This document shows, piece by piece, positions 1 to 10,078 of a DNA stretch of 49,297 bases. The notes under the pieces were generated by a model. It worked only from the letters and a program-made list of their open reading frames with translations, was not told where the DNA came from and did no database searches. The stretch comes from Minisyncoccota bacterium (GTDB taxonomy: Bacteria > Patescibacteriota > Minisyncoccia > Phycocordibacterales > JAQTLZ01). A program made the translations under genes and the position numbers. The stretch lies in NCBI GenBank assembly GCA_028710915.1, contig JAQTTF010000002.1:1-49297 (forward strand), read 5' to 3'. The stretch's first letter is position 1; every line of letters starts with the position of its first letter.

Positions 1-1
1 C

Positions 2-778
2 GAGCGCCACATTCGGATGCTCGAGAAAGGGGAAAAGATCGTGCAAGAGACGCGAGGCTGGGACGAAGGAAAAGAAACAACCTATTCACAGCGAAAAAAA
101 GAAGATTCGCACGACTATCGATATTTCCCCGACCCAGATATTCCCAAATTGTGGATTTCTGAAGTTCCAGAATTTTCCGCAGAAAATTTGAAGAAAGAGA
201 TGCCAGAGTTGCCGTGGATAAAGCGCGAAAAATATAAAAAATACAAACTCAAGCCCGAAGAGATCGAGGTCTCTTTACAGCATCCGACTTTGGGAGATTA
301 TATAGAAGAACTTTCTCGAGAATTCGAAGAAGATATTGACCATGTGAGACTCGCTGCGAACTATCTTTACTCTGATGTCTTAGGAATTTTGAAATCGGCT
401 ACAAAGCCAGGAGAGACTTTTGATTTTTCTAAATCGGAAAAAATGATCACGCCCAAACAGCTTGCTGAAATTACGAGAATGCTCAAAGCAAATGAAATTT
501 CATCGCGCGGAGCAAAAGATATTTTGGCTGTGATTATGTCGGAAGGAGGAGATCCAAAAAAGATCGCAAACGAGAAAGGACTCATTCAAAAAAGTGATCC
601 CGAGGCACTCAAAAAAATTATTGAGAAAATTATTGCAGATAACCCCAAAGCGGTTTCTGAATACAAAGCTGGCAAGCTCAACAATCTCCAATTTCTCATA
701 GGGTGTGCAATGAAAGAGACAAAAGGTTCGGCAAATCCGGCAGTACTCAAGGGTCTTTTTGAACTCGCTCTTAAGTGA
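2..778 (+). CDS. gatB: Asp-tRNA(Asn)/Glu-tRNA(Gln) amidotransferase subunit B, C-terminal ~259 aa (5' end outside window)
   Basis: Frame open to window edge; IVQETRGWDEGKETT..EDSHDYRYFPDPDIP is the conserved GatB core, followed by helical GatB/YqeY-type tail. Confidence 0.9.
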   Translation, partial: ERHIRMLEKGEKIVQETRGWDEGKETTYSQRKKEDSHDYRYFPDPDIPKLWISEVPEFSAENLKKEMPELPWIKREKYKKYKLKPEEIEVSLQHPTLGDYIEELSREFEEDIDHVRLAANYLYSDVLGILKSATKPGETFDFSKSEKMITPKQLAEITRMLKANEISSRGAKDILAVIMSEGGDPKKIANEKGLIQKSDPEALKKIIEKIIADNPKAVSEYKAGKLNNLQFLIGCAMKETKGSANPAVLKGLFELALK

Positions 779-834
779 TTCTTCACTCTTCTTTTTACTG
801 CTATAATAAAGCCATATAAATTCATTTATTTTCT

Positions 835-1857
835 ATGGCAAAAATTAGAATTGCGATCAATGGTTTTGGACGTATTGGGCGGGCGTTTCTCAAAGTTTCT
901 CTCGAGCACAAAGAATTGGAAGTTGTTGCAGTAAACGACCTTACGAGTATCGAAAATATCGCATATCTTTTAAAATATGATTCTGCATATGGGACTTCAC
1001 CATTTGAAGTAAAAGTGAAAAATCCTACGACGCTCTGGGTGAGTGGAAGGGAAATTGCTTACATTTCAGAAAAAGACGCGACAAAACTCCCATGGAAAGA
1101 TCACAAGATCGATGTAGTTGTTGAATCTACTGGACTTTTCACTGAATTTGCAAAAGCAAAAGTGCATTTGGATGCCGGTGCGAAAAAAGTGGTAATTACA
1201 GCTCCGGCAAAAGATGAACCGCTCACAGATATTCCTTCCGGCACATTTCTTCTTGGAATCAATGGCGAGAAAATCAAAGACTGTTCGATTACCTCAAACG
1301 CTTCTTGTACCACAAATGCAGCATCTCCGCTCATTGCAATTCTTCACGAGACAATTGGAATTGAAAAAGCAATTTTGAATACTGTTCACGGATACACTGC
1401 AAGCCAGGCGCTTGTGGACGGTCCAAGCAAAAAAGATTTTCGAGAGGGAAGGGCAGCGGCGATGAACATCGTGCCTTCTTCGACTGGTGCGGCAATTGCC
1501 GTGACGAAAGCGCTTCCGGAACTCGCGGGGAAATTTGATGGTATTTCTGTACGTGTACCTGTTGTTACTGGTTCTATAGTGGACGTAACATTTATAGCAA
1601 AGCGAGCAACAACAAAAGAAGAAATTAATGAAATTTTGAAAAAAGCCGCGGCTGATAAACGTTGGTCAAAAACATTTTCAGTTACCGAGGAACAGCTTGT
1701 CTCAAGAGATATCATCGGAAGTCCATTCGCTTCAATCGCAGATTTGAACTTCACTCGAGTGGTAGACGGTAATTTGGTAAAAGTAATGGCGTGGTACGAC
1801 AATGAAATGGGGTACACGCATTCTTTGATTTGGCATGTGCTTGAGATGGGGAAATAA
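835..1857 (+). CDS. gap: glyceraldehyde-3-phosphate dehydrogenase
   Basis: INGFGRIGR Rossmann N-terminus and SNASCTTN active-site Cys motif; 340 aa; TGcTATAAT extended -10 at 799-807. Confidence 0.93.
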   Translation: MAKIRIAINGFGRIGRAFLKVSLEHKELEVVAVNDLTSIENIAYLLKYDSAYGTSPFEVKVKNPTTLWVSGREIAYISEKDATKLPWKDHKIDVVVESTGLFTEFAKAKVHLDAGAKKVVITAPAKDEPLTDIPSGTFLLGINGEKIKDCSITSNASCTTNAASPLIAILHETIGIEKAILNTVHGYTASQALVDGPSKKDFREGRAAAMNIVPSSTGAAIAVTKALPELAGKFDGISVRVPVVTGSIVDVTFIAKRATTKEEINEILKKAAADKRWSKTFSVTEEQLVSRDIIGSPFASIADLNFTRVVDGNLVKVMAWYDNEMGYTHSLIWHVLEMGK

Positions 1858-1858
1858 T

Positions 1859-2308
1859 ATGAAAATCTACATCGGATCAGATCACGCGGGGTTTGAATTA
1901 AAGAATGCGCTTATTCCGTTTATCGAAAAATTGGGATACGAAGTGATTGATTGTGGGGCGAAAACTTTGGATCCGAAAGACGATTATCCTGATTATATTT
2001 TGCCTGTCGCAAAAGCTGTGGGAGAGGATTTGAAGGATTCCAAAGGAATCGTCATTGGCGGTTCTGGCGAAGGGGAAGCAATCGCTGCAAATAAAATCCT
2101 TGGAATTCGCGCGGCGGAATATTACGGTGGGAATTTGGAAATCGTAAAGCTTTCTCGCGAGCATAATGACGCAAATATTTTCTCTCTCGGTGCACGATTT
2201 ATCAATGAAAAAGATGCAAAAGAAGCTGTAAAACTTTGGCTTTCAACTCCGTTTTCCGGAGATGCTCGACACGTGCGACGTATTAAAGAAATAGAAGACC
2301 AAACATGA
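1859..2308 (+). CDS. rpiB: ribose-5-phosphate isomerase B
   Basis: MKIYIGSDHAGFELK.. RpiB/LacAB N-terminus; ATG 1859 chosen (2 nt after gap stop); ATGA overlap with next gene. Confidence 0.88.
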   Translation: MKIYIGSDHAGFELKNALIPFIEKLGYEVIDCGAKTLDPKDDYPDYILPVAKAVGEDLKDSKGIVIGGSGEGEAIAANKILGIRAAEYYGGNLEIVKLSREHNDANIFSLGARFINEKDAKEAVKLWLSTPFSGDARHVRRIKEIEDQT

Positions 2309-3027
2309 TTGAAATTATTCCCGCAGCTTTGGCGAAAGATTACGAAACTTTGTCGGAGACAATTTCTCGTTTTGTCGGCATTACACCTATAGCACAGGTG
2401 GATATTTGTGATGGGAAATTTGTTCCGTCGACGACGTGGCCGTTCGGTAAAGAAGATATGCATTTCAAGGCGATGCTTGAAGAAAAAGAGGGAATGCCTC
2501 ATTGGGAAGAATTGGATTTTGAATTCGATCTGATGATCGATAAACCGGAGGAAAGAATTGATGATTTTGTACAGATCGGTGCGGCGCGAATTGTAGTGCA
2601 TATTGAAAGCACGAAAGATTTTGGGGCGATTTTGAGAACTTTTGATGAAAAATACGGCAGAAGCGGAGAATTCTCTGTTGCGCCAGAGCTTGGTATTTCT
2701 CTTGGAGTCTCGACTCCAAACGAAGCTATCGAGCCATTCGTAGAAAGTGTTGATTTTGTTCAGTTTATGGGAATCCGAAAAGTGGGCTATCAAGGCCAGT
2801 CTTTTGACGAAAGAGTGCTTGAAAAGATATCAACACTGCGAAAAAGCCATCCGGACGTTATAATTAGTGTTGACGGGGGTGTCAATTTCAAAACCGCAGA
2901 GTCTCTCGTAAAAGCCGGAGTCAATCGACTGATAGCCGGTTCGGTAATTTTGAATAGTGAAAATCCAGCCGAGGCGATGAGAAATCTGAAAAAATTGGCA
3001 CATGACTCAAGTTTAGAAAAAGCATGA
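2305..3027 (+). CDS. rpe: ribulose-phosphate 3-epimerase-like TIM-barrel protein (divergent)
   Basis: Rpe-like motif order VDICDGKFVP / DLMIDKP / VHIES / ISVDGGVN / IAGS; sits between rpiB and transketolase. Confidence 0.65.
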   Translation: MIEIIPAALAKDYETLSETISRFVGITPIAQVDICDGKFVPSTTWPFGKEDMHFKAMLEEKEGMPHWEELDFEFDLMIDKPEERIDDFVQIGAARIVVHIESTKDFGAILRTFDEKYGRSGEFSVAPELGISLGVSTPNEAIEPFVESVDFVQFMGIRKVGYQGQSFDERVLEKISTLRKSHPDVIISVDGGVNFKTAESLVKAGVNRLIAGSVILNSENPAEAMRNLKKLAHDSSLEKA

Positions 3028-3197
3028 TAAAGCTTATTTTGACAATTATTGGAGTGCTCCTACTTATAGTAGTTTTTGTCTTTTTTCGCGCATATCTGAT
3101 ATTTGGACTTGTCGGAATAGCATTTTTCGTAATTTCCTTTGTCGCATTCAACGTGGATGCTCGTGCTATGTTTGGCAACTATAAAGGCATTGAATAA
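3024..3197 (+). CDS. small hydrophobic protein, 57 aa, two predicted TM helices (below ORF-track cutoff)
   Basis: ATG 3024 forms ATGA overlap with rpe stop; MIKLILTIIGVLLLIVVFVFF..GLVGIAFFVISFVAF; ends TAA 3195-3197. Confidence 0.4.
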   Translation: MIKLILTIIGVLLLIVVFVFFRAYLIFGLVGIAFFVISFVAFNVDARAMFGNYKGIE

Positions 3198-3205
3198 ATT
3201 TTGGC

Positions 3206-4075
3206 ATGAATATGTCAGTACTCAACGATAATAAAATAAAAGAACTCGAACTTCAAGCGAACGCTATTCGTCAGAGCATTATCGAAATGCTTGTTGAGGC
3301 GGGAAGCGGGCATACTGCCGGGCCGCTTGATATGGCAGATATTTTTACCGCTTTATATTTTCATATTCTGAAACACGATCCGAAAAAGCCGGATTGGGCG
3401 GAGCGAGATAGGTTTGTGCTTTCAAATGGTCATATTTGCCCGGTCTATTACGCAACGCTCGCTCACGCAGGCTATTTTCCGGTTAAAGAGCTTCTGACTC
3501 TTCGCAAATTTGGAACACGCCTTCAGGGTCATCCTCATCGTGAATATCTTCCGATCGTAGAAACAAGCTCTGGTCCCCTTGGTGCCGGACTTTCACAAGC
3601 CGTAGGAATGGCTCTTGCAGACAGAATGGATAAAGGCACGACAAGCGATAGATTTATTTATTGTATGACTGGAGATGGTGAGCTTGATGAGGGGCAGAAT
3701 TGGGAGGCGATACTTCTTGCAGGAAAAGAGAAGCTCCATAATCTCATTGTCATTGTCGATCGCAATAATATCCAGATTGAAGGTTTTACCGAGGACGTCT
3801 TGCCGCTCGAGCCGATCGCAGACAAATGGCGAGCATTTAATTTTCATGTGATTGAAATTGACGGGCACGATATGAGAGAGATTGTTGAAGCAGTAGAGGA
3901 AGCAAAAACAATTTTTGAAAAGCCGAAAGTGATTATCGCACACACAATTTCAAGCAAAGGAGTAAAAGAATGGGAGAGAAAATACGAATGGCATGGGAAA
4001 CCTCCGACAAAAGAGGAAGGAGCGATGGCACTTAAAGAGTTGCGCGAGATTGGAGAGAAGATTAAGAGCGAGTAA
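3206..4075 (+). CDS. tkt: transketolase, N-terminal (TPP-binding) half of a split enzyme
   Basis: GSGHTAGPLDMADIF and GDGELDEGQNWEA motifs; followed after 2 nt by C-terminal half. Confidence 0.9.
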   Translation: MNMSVLNDNKIKELELQANAIRQSIIEMLVEAGSGHTAGPLDMADIFTALYFHILKHDPKKPDWAERDRFVLSNGHICPVYYATLAHAGYFPVKELLTLRKFGTRLQGHPHREYLPIVETSSGPLGAGLSQAVGMALADRMDKGTTSDRFIYCMTGDGELDEGQNWEAILLAGKEKLHNLIVIVDRNNIQIEGFTEDVLPLEPIADKWRAFNFHVIEIDGHDMREIVEAVEEAKTIFEKPKVIIAHTISSKGVKEWERKYEWHGKPPTKEEGAMALKELREIGEKIKSE

Positions 4076-4077
4076 AA

Positions 4078-5073
4078 ATGTTTAATTCAAGTGCAAAACT
4101 GAATAGTAAAATTTTCGACAAGGATGTCGAACAAGTTCCAATACGCAAGGGATTTGGACAAGGCTTGCTACAGGCGGGTACAGACAATGAGCGTGTCGTG
4201 GCGCTATGCGCTGATTTGACCGAATCGGCCCATGTAAAACTTTTTGCGGATAAATTTCCAGAGCGTTTTGTGCAAGTGGGAATTACGGAACAGAGCATGG
4301 CTTCCGTCGCGTCAGGAATGGCAGCTATGGGAAAGATCCCTTTCATTGCTTCGTATGCAATGTTTTCTCCGGGCCGAAACTGGGAGCAGATCCGGACGAC
4401 CATTGCCTACAATGACCGGCCGGTAAAAATTGCCGGTTCTCACGCTGGTGTTTCTGTCGGTCCTGATGGAGGAACTCACCAAGCAATCGAAGATATCGCT
4501 CTTACGCGCGTAATACCGAATATGGTGGTGATTTCTCCATGTGATGCTATTGAAGCGAAGAAAGCAACCATTGCTATTGCAAAGACGAATACGCCGGTTT
4601 ATCTCCGTCTTGCTCGAGAGAAAACACCGATCATTACGACTGAAGATACACCGTTTGAAATAGGGAAGGCACAAGTTTTTTACGCGCCGGAGAAAAAAGC
4701 GCAAGTAGGAATTATTGCAACTGGCGCACTCGTTGCCCGCGCGCTTCGTGTTGCTCACGATCTCTCTGATAAAGGAATTGCGGTGAAAGTTTTAAATTTA
4801 GCGACAATTAAACCCCTCGATCATGAAGCAATTTTAAATCTTGCAAAAGAAACTGGAGCGATTGTAACGGTGGAGGAACACCAGATTGCGGGAGGAATGG
4901 GCTCAGCTGTTGCGGAGTGTCTTGCAAAATGGCTCCCAACTCCGCAGGAATTTATCGGAGTGAAAGATTTATTTGGCCAGTCAGGAACAATGGAAGAATT
5001 GATCAAACACTATGAAATGGACGAAATAGCGATTGAAAAAGCCGTGAAGGAAGCCTTGCAAAGGAAAAAATAA
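4078..5073 (+). CDS. tkt: transketolase, C-terminal (pyrimidine-binding) half
   Basis: FVQVGITEQSMASVASGMA and GPDGGTHQAIEDIA motifs; 331 aa. Confidence 0.9.
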   Translation: MFNSSAKLNSKIFDKDVEQVPIRKGFGQGLLQAGTDNERVVALCADLTESAHVKLFADKFPERFVQVGITEQSMASVASGMAAMGKIPFIASYAMFSPGRNWEQIRTTIAYNDRPVKIAGSHAGVSVGPDGGTHQAIEDIALTRVIPNMVVISPCDAIEAKKATIAIAKTNTPVYLRLAREKTPIITTEDTPFEIGKAQVFYAPEKKAQVGIIATGALVARALRVAHDLSDKGIAVKVLNLATIKPLDHEAILNLAKETGAIVTVEEHQIAGGMGSAVAECLAKWLPTPQEFIGVKDLFGQSGTMEELIKHYEMDEIAIEKAVKEALQRKK

Positions 5074-5080
5074 TCTCGAA

Positions 5081-5114
5081 GACGAAAAAACTTCCTTAAG
5101 GAAGTTTTTTCGTC
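5081..5114. terminator. bidirectional hairpin between convergent tkt and GT39 genes
   Basis: gacgaaaaaacttcc-ttaa-ggaagttttttcgtc, 15-bp perfect stem with A/T runs on both sides. Confidence 0.8.
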
Positions 5115-5119
5115 TTATT

Positions 5120-6502
5120 CTAGCGCCAGCTTGGGAACCAGAATCTTAGATCTTGTGCTTTTGGTGTAAGAGGAAGTCCGTATGAAAGCGGAGCGAAAAA
5201 GAAGAAACTCACGATACAAAGAACGCTTATACCAATAAATATATTTCGGGCAATTGTAGGAGTTTTGCTAATTTTTTCGATTGCAAAAACTAATGTTATA
5301 ACGGCAAATACGAGAGCAGTAGAATAATGATAAAGGAACATTACGCGTCCGATGAAGATAAATGGAAGCAAATTCATAAAGTATCCAAGGAGAAGATAGC
5401 CGACAAGTTTTGTATCTTTTTTTAAAAACTCCACTCGTGCGAGGAAATTGAGCGACAGAAATATGACAGCAAGGGATGAGAGCCAGTAAATGAACGGATT
5501 TCCCAAAAGATAAATTTTTGCATCAGCTCCGCCCCGGCTCTGCACCCAATAATAAATCGGCCGGGACATGAATGGCCAGGTATACCATTTACTCGAATAC
5601 GGATGGGTTGCGGTAAGAGTTGCGTTTGCGGAGTACATTTCTTTGTTAAGTTCGATAAATTTTTGCGGGAATGTTTCTGCCTGTACGCTAGCATCTTTGG
5701 AATATTTACTTCCAACGAGCGTTTTCAAAAAACCTGCAGACATAAAAGCGTCTCCGTCTCCAGATTTCGGAAGCAAGGCAAAGTGGACTGCAAAAATAGA
5801 CACATAAAAAATAGTTGGGAGGATGACAAGGAAGCAAAAATCATGGAGAATCAATTGCCATTTTTTATTTTTCAAAATGTTCCAGACCTCGCAGAGAAGC
5901 ACTAGGCCCAAGAAAGAAAGCCCAGTCCACTTTGTCGAAAGCGCTCCTGCAAGGAAAAATCCGGAAAAGAAAAGTTGCAAAATGCGCCCTGATCTCCGGT
6001 ATTTTTCGTAAAATAAAAGTCCGAGAAATCCAAATAAAAGGAGCATGCTATCTATAAGAATAAGGCGCGATTGGACAAGAAGAGAATTTTCCAAAATGAT
6101 AAGAAGTCCTGCTACAAATGATGAGCTCTTTGAAAATCCCAGTTCAAGACAAAGAAGATAGATAACAAGGGGCAAAAGTGTTCCCGCAAGAGAGGGAAGA
6201 AATCGAAGCCATTTGAAAGCGCTTCCACTGTAGGTGTTTCCAATTGAAGTATAGCTTTGGGATGTATTTGCACCGGTTTCCTGGCCGACAAAGCTTATAA
6301 GAAGTTTTCCAAGCGGCGGATGCAGGTCGAAAAAATAGTTGCCGGTAATATAATTGGAAGCAAATTTGCCGAAATAGACTTCATCAAACACAACTTCTTT
6401 CGGATAACCAAAATAAGCAAAATGGCTCGCGAAGCTTGCAAGAAGCAAGATTACTGGCAGGAGATGTTTCCATTCCCAAATTTTCTTTACAGCGGTTTTC
6501 AT
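5120..6502 (-). CDS. GT39/PMT-family polyprenol-phosphate-dependent (protein) mannosyltransferase-like membrane protein
   Basis: Polytopic; DEVYFGKFA..FFDLHPPLGKLL first-loop motif typical of PMT/GT39; start set to ATG 6502, which makes an ATGA overlap with the upstream GT2 stop. Confidence 0.75.
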   Translation of the reverse strand: MKTAVKKIWEWKHLLPVILLLASFASHFAYFGYPKEVVFDEVYFGKFASNYITGNYFFDLHPPLGKLLISFVGQETGANTSQSYTSIGNTYSGSAFKWLRFLPSLAGTLLPLVIYLLCLELGFSKSSSFVAGLLIILENSLLVQSRLILIDSMLLLFGFLGLLFYEKYRRSGRILQLFFSGFFLAGALSTKWTGLSFLGLVLLCEVWNILKNKKWQLILHDFCFLVILPTIFYVSIFAVHFALLPKSGDGDAFMSAGFLKTLVGSKYSKDASVQAETFPQKFIELNKEMYSANATLTATHPYSSKWYTWPFMSRPIYYWVQSRGGADAKIYLLGNPFIYWLSSLAVIFLSLNFLARVEFLKKDTKLVGYLLLGYFMNLLPFIFIGRVMFLYHYSTALVFAVITLVFAIEKISKTPTIARNIFIGISVLCIVSFFFFAPLSYGLPLTPKAQDLRFWFPSWR

Positions 6503-7230
6503 TTGTGTATAGCGGGGAAATTCCCGTAGGTTCCAGCCCATAATTGATATCTAATCTTGCATACTTCACCAACAGCTTTCAGCATTTTTCCTCCGGAGAG
6601 CCGGCTCTGATCGTCATTTTTCCATTCGATCGGCACTTCTTCAATTTTCATTCCGTATTTTCTGGCGAGGGCAAGTATCTCAATATCGAAAGCCAAGCCA
6701 AAGATAGTTTCTTTCGAAAAAAGCAGCTCTGCCGCCTTGGCCGAAAATGCTTTGAAACCGTTTTGAGAATCTTTTATTTGAAGAGGAATGATTATTTTTG
6801 TGGAGAGGCGAAAAATTGAGCCAAGAAATTCTCGAATGGCGCTTTGCTTCAGGCTGATATGCGCGCCTGCCACTCTCCGCGAACCAATGACGATGTCCGC
6901 TCCTTTTAAAAAATAGGGCAGAAATGAATCTATATGTTCTATGGCTGTAGAATTGTCAGCATCCATAAAAAGTCTATAGTCGCCTTTCGCTTCGAGCATT
7001 CCTTTTTTTACTGCGTATCCTTTTCCCCAATTTTTCTCGTAATGAATCAGGCGCAAGCCGGGGATTGATAGAGCAGTGACAACTTTTGTTGTGCCGTCTT
7101 TCGAGCCGTCATCTACAACGATTATTTCGTATGAATATTTCTGTTTTGAGAGATGCGAGTGTACTCCTCGGAGCGTTTTGTCTATTCGCTTCTCTTCATT
7201 ATATGCCGGGATAATGACAGAAAGGTACAT
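6499..7230 (-). CDS. GT2 glycosyltransferase, Dpm1/polyprenol-phosphate hexose synthase-like
   Basis: VIIPAYNEE, VVDDGSKDGT, FMDADNS (DxD) motifs; 243 aa, soluble; translationally coupled to GT39 gene. Confidence 0.8.
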   Translation of the reverse strand: MYLSVIIPAYNEEKRIDKTLRGVHSHLSKQKYSYEIIVVDDGSKDGTTKVVTALSIPGLRLIHYEKNWGKGYAVKKGMLEAKGDYRLFMDADNSTAIEHIDSFLPYFLKGADIVIGSRRVAGAHISLKQSAIREFLGSIFRLSTKIIIPLQIKDSQNGFKAFSAKAAELLFSKETIFGLAFDIEILALARKYGMKIEEVPIEWKNDDQSRLSGGKMLKAVGEVCKIRYQLWAGTYGNFPAIHK

Positions 7231-7245
7231 AAGTGTGTATTCAGT

Positions 7246-9021
7246 ATGCTTTATGATAAACTAAAAAGCAAAACTTTCACAATGCAAAAAAGTAAAGAAT
7301 ATTTTTTCAAGTTTTTTTCTCCCATCTCAGTCGGTATTGTTCTTTTTTGTCTCCTTCATCTCTTTTTGCTCTCAAAGACTTTTGTAGTTGATAACCGCGG
7401 AGATATACGCACGCTTGTCGCTGGATATGGAGATATCCCATATCATATGACGGAAATCAGCAAATTTGCTTTTTCTCCTATCGATAACTTGAATGATCCT
7501 ATTTTTCTCGGCGTGAAGCTTCGCTACCCGTTTCTTATTAATTTTGTGAGCGGAATGTTTCTGCGTCTCGGCGCAAGCCTTCACTTTTCGGTTCTTTTCC
7601 CGACCTTTGCCTTGGCTGTTTTCAATATTTTTCTCGCGTACCTTATCTATAAAAAACTTATTGGAAGCCGAGGCTTCGCATATCTGGCGCTTCTTTTCTT
7701 TTTTCTCGGAGGAGGACTTGGAGGGTTTGCTTTTCTTTCTAATGTAATGCACGGACAAGTTCCCGTACGAGAGGTAGTCCAGAAGATGATTCAAAATAGC
7801 GACTCGACTGTCACCAGAGGTGGCGCCGTTTATCCCGATCAAAACATCGATTTTGGGGCCCCCCTCACGCTTGTCTTTATGCATCAGAGGACTTTTTTTC
7901 TCGGACTTTTTGGCTTCCTTCTTTTTTTCTGGTGTATGCTTCGTCTTCGCGATGAATCAAAAATCGGCCTTTATCTTGGGGCAATCCTCTCTTTTTCAAT
8001 TCTGCCCTTTGCTCATACTCACAGTTTCATTGCCGCCTCTTTTCTTTATGCAGTTTTTTTTCTTGCAGCGCTTTTCAAAAAAAAATGGGATTTGCTCAAG
8101 CGATATTTCCTGGTGGGAATTATTGGATTTCTAGTCACGTTGCCACAGGTGATATACATCATGGGATCAGAACATCTTTTTTCTTCGACCTCGAGTTTTT
8201 TGAAAATTCGCCTCGGATGGATGGTACAGCCAACTATAGGGAGCGTGTTGTTTCCCGAATTAGCGAAGCCGTCTCTCTGGAGCATTCCGTATCTTAATTT
8301 CTTGTGGTTGAATTTTGGCGTTATTCTTCCAATATTTTTATTGGCTTGTTTTTATTACTTTTTTCGCAGAAAATCTTTTGAACAAAACTCATTTGTCGGA
8401 ATATCTGCAATTTTTGCTGGTATCATCTTTCTTTTGGTAGAGACAGTACAATTCCAACCCTGGGATTATGATAATAATAAACTCCTTGTGTATTTTCAGT
8501 TTTTTGCGGCTATTATAATTTTTGTTTGTCTCAAAAAAGTATATGAGAATAATAAAATTTTCGGAATAATCCTTGCTATCTGTTTTCTTGTTCTCTCTAC
8601 TTTTTCCGGCGTGATAGATATTATTCCTCGAGCGTTTACCCCCGATAGCGATCTTCCCGTCATATTTTCTAAAGAGGCGATTGATGTGGGAGCGTACATA
8701 AGAAAGTCTGTGCCAGAAGGAGATCTCATTGTCACAGGCACGTCTCATCTGAATCCCATCAATACTTTAGCTGGACGAGGCGTTCTAGTAGGCTATCCAG
8801 GATGGCTTTGGAGTCATGGAATTAATTATGGATCGCGGGAACAAGAGATAAAGGACTTTTATGCAAATCCAGGCGCAAGCGATCTTGTCCACAAATACAA
8901 TGCAAAATATGTTCTCTTGGATTATCAGTCAGTTTTAGATTACAAAGCAAACCAGGCGTATTTCGAAGCCCATTTTCAAAAAGTTTTTGAGGAAGGACAA
9001 TATACGCTTTTTAAACTCTGA
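7246..9021 (+). CDS. large polytopic membrane protein, unknown function (possible GT-C-type glycosyltransferase)
   Basis: About 590 aa with more than 10 hydrophobic segments; divergent from GT2/GT39 pair; start ambiguous (7246 or 7282); upstream part of ORF overlaps GT2 and is rejected. Confidence 0.5.
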   Translation: MLYDKLKSKTFTMQKSKEYFFKFFSPISVGIVLFCLLHLFLLSKTFVVDNRGDIRTLVAGYGDIPYHMTEISKFAFSPIDNLNDPIFLGVKLRYPFLINFVSGMFLRLGASLHFSVLFPTFALAVFNIFLAYLIYKKLIGSRGFAYLALLFFFLGGGLGGFAFLSNVMHGQVPVREVVQKMIQNSDSTVTRGGAVYPDQNIDFGAPLTLVFMHQRTFFLGLFGFLLFFWCMLRLRDESKIGLYLGAILSFSILPFAHTHSFIAASFLYAVFFLAALFKKKWDLLKRYFLVGIIGFLVTLPQVIYIMGSEHLFSSTSSFLKIRLGWMVQPTIGSVLFPELAKPSLWSIPYLNFLWLNFGVILPIFLLACFYYFFRRKSFEQNSFVGISAIFAGIIFLLVETVQFQPWDYDNNKLLVYFQFFAAIIIFVCLKKVYENNKIFGIILAICFLVLSTFSGVIDIIPRAFTPDSDLPVIFSKEAIDVGAYIRKSVPEGDLIVTGTSHLNPINTLAGRGVLVGYPGWLWSHGINYGSREQEIKDFYANPGASDLVHKYNAKYVLLDYQSVLDYKANQAYFEAHFQKVFEEGQYTLFKL

Positions 9022-9024
9022 TTT

Positions 9025-10029
9025 TTAAGAAAGAATTGTGGGCTTGTAATCTGCCGGCCCCTCTTTCAAATATTTCTCAAGTGCTTCACGTGAGAGAAGT
9101 CCTTTCTGTGCGCCGACGTATTGGACAACAGACATTGAATTCACAGGTCCCCACATGAGGGCTTCTTTTACCGATTTGCCGAGTCCGAGCGCTGCAACAA
9201 ACGTAGAAGCAAAAGCATCTCCCGCTCCCGTTCTTTCGTACGGCGGTTTTGGATCCGGATATTCCGGCATTTTAAGCATTTCTTGTCCGTCAAAAGTGTA
9301 TGCGCCGTTTGGCCCGTCGGTGATAACAACAATCTTGGGCCCGAGCTTCGCAATTCCATGGAGCAGCTCTTTTATTTCGGACTTTGATCCGAGAATTGTC
9401 TGTGCTTCTTCAAGATTGCAAAAGAATGCCTCGGTACGAGCGTAGATTCTTTTTAGCCGCTCCGTTCCGATCTTGATTTGAAATGTTCCTGGCTGGAATG
9501 CTAATTTTACTTGCGGATTTTTCTCGAGATAAGTTGCGATCTCATCATGATAGGGAAGTGAGTGTTCTCCAAAGGAAGAAAGATATATCCACTTTGTAGA
9601 CAAGTCGTGAGGGAATTTGTAGGGATATTCTTGGTGTTTAATTAAAATAGTACGGTCTTCAGCGTACCAAAGGACGTAATGGTAATTTGTTTCCATTCCT
9701 TTGTGTTTGCGGACATACTTTGTTTCCACTCCATTCTTTTTAAGAGCTTCGATCGCATCATTTCCGTTTATATCCTCTCCGAGATCGGTCACAAGTGCTG
9801 TCGAAAGGCCAAGGCGCGCTGAGCTTACGGCCGCATTTGCACTATTTCCTACAGCTTTTACAACTTCTACGAATTCGTAAGGAATTTTTGAGCCGAAAGA
9901 CATGCAGAGTTCCTGCTCATTATGATCGAGTCGTGCGTGAATATGAGGGTCCTTGAGTCGAATAAATGCATCGGTGACTGTGTCGCCGATTCCTACGAAG
10001 TCGTAGGTTTTTGGTTTGAAAAATGACAT
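9025..10029 (-). CDS. PfkB/ribokinase-family carbohydrate kinase
   Basis: C-terminal TGAGDAFASTFVAALGLG PfkB signature, N-terminal GIGD; ATG 10029 lies 6 nt after a TATAAT hexamer. Confidence 0.8.
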   Translation of the reverse strand: MSFFKPKTYDFVGIGDTVTDAFIRLKDPHIHARLDHNEQELCMSFGSKIPYEFVEVVKAVGNSANAAVSSARLGLSTALVTDLGEDINGNDAIEALKKNGVETKYVRKHKGMETNYHYVLWYAEDRTILIKHQEYPYKFPHDLSTKWIYLSSFGEHSLPYHDEIATYLEKNPQVKLAFQPGTFQIKIGTERLKRIYARTEAFFCNLEEAQTILGSKSEIKELLHGIAKLGPKIVVITDGPNGAYTFDGQEMLKMPEYPDPKPPYERTGAGDAFASTFVAALGLGKSVKEALMWGPVNSMSVVQYVGAQKGLLSREALEKYLKEGPADYKPTILS

Positions 10030-10078
10030 CCTTGAATTATACACTATTCTTATTTTTGTCTGTGGTACAATTATTCAC

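Noticed and set aside
7153-7245. N-terminal extensions of track ORFs: 7153, 10016, 11371, 1835, 41619, 41208, 18378 and 28541.
   Set aside because: The extensions overlap neighbouring conserved genes or lack start signals. Internal ATG/GTG starts fit the protein-family N-termini and the promoter or SD spacing.
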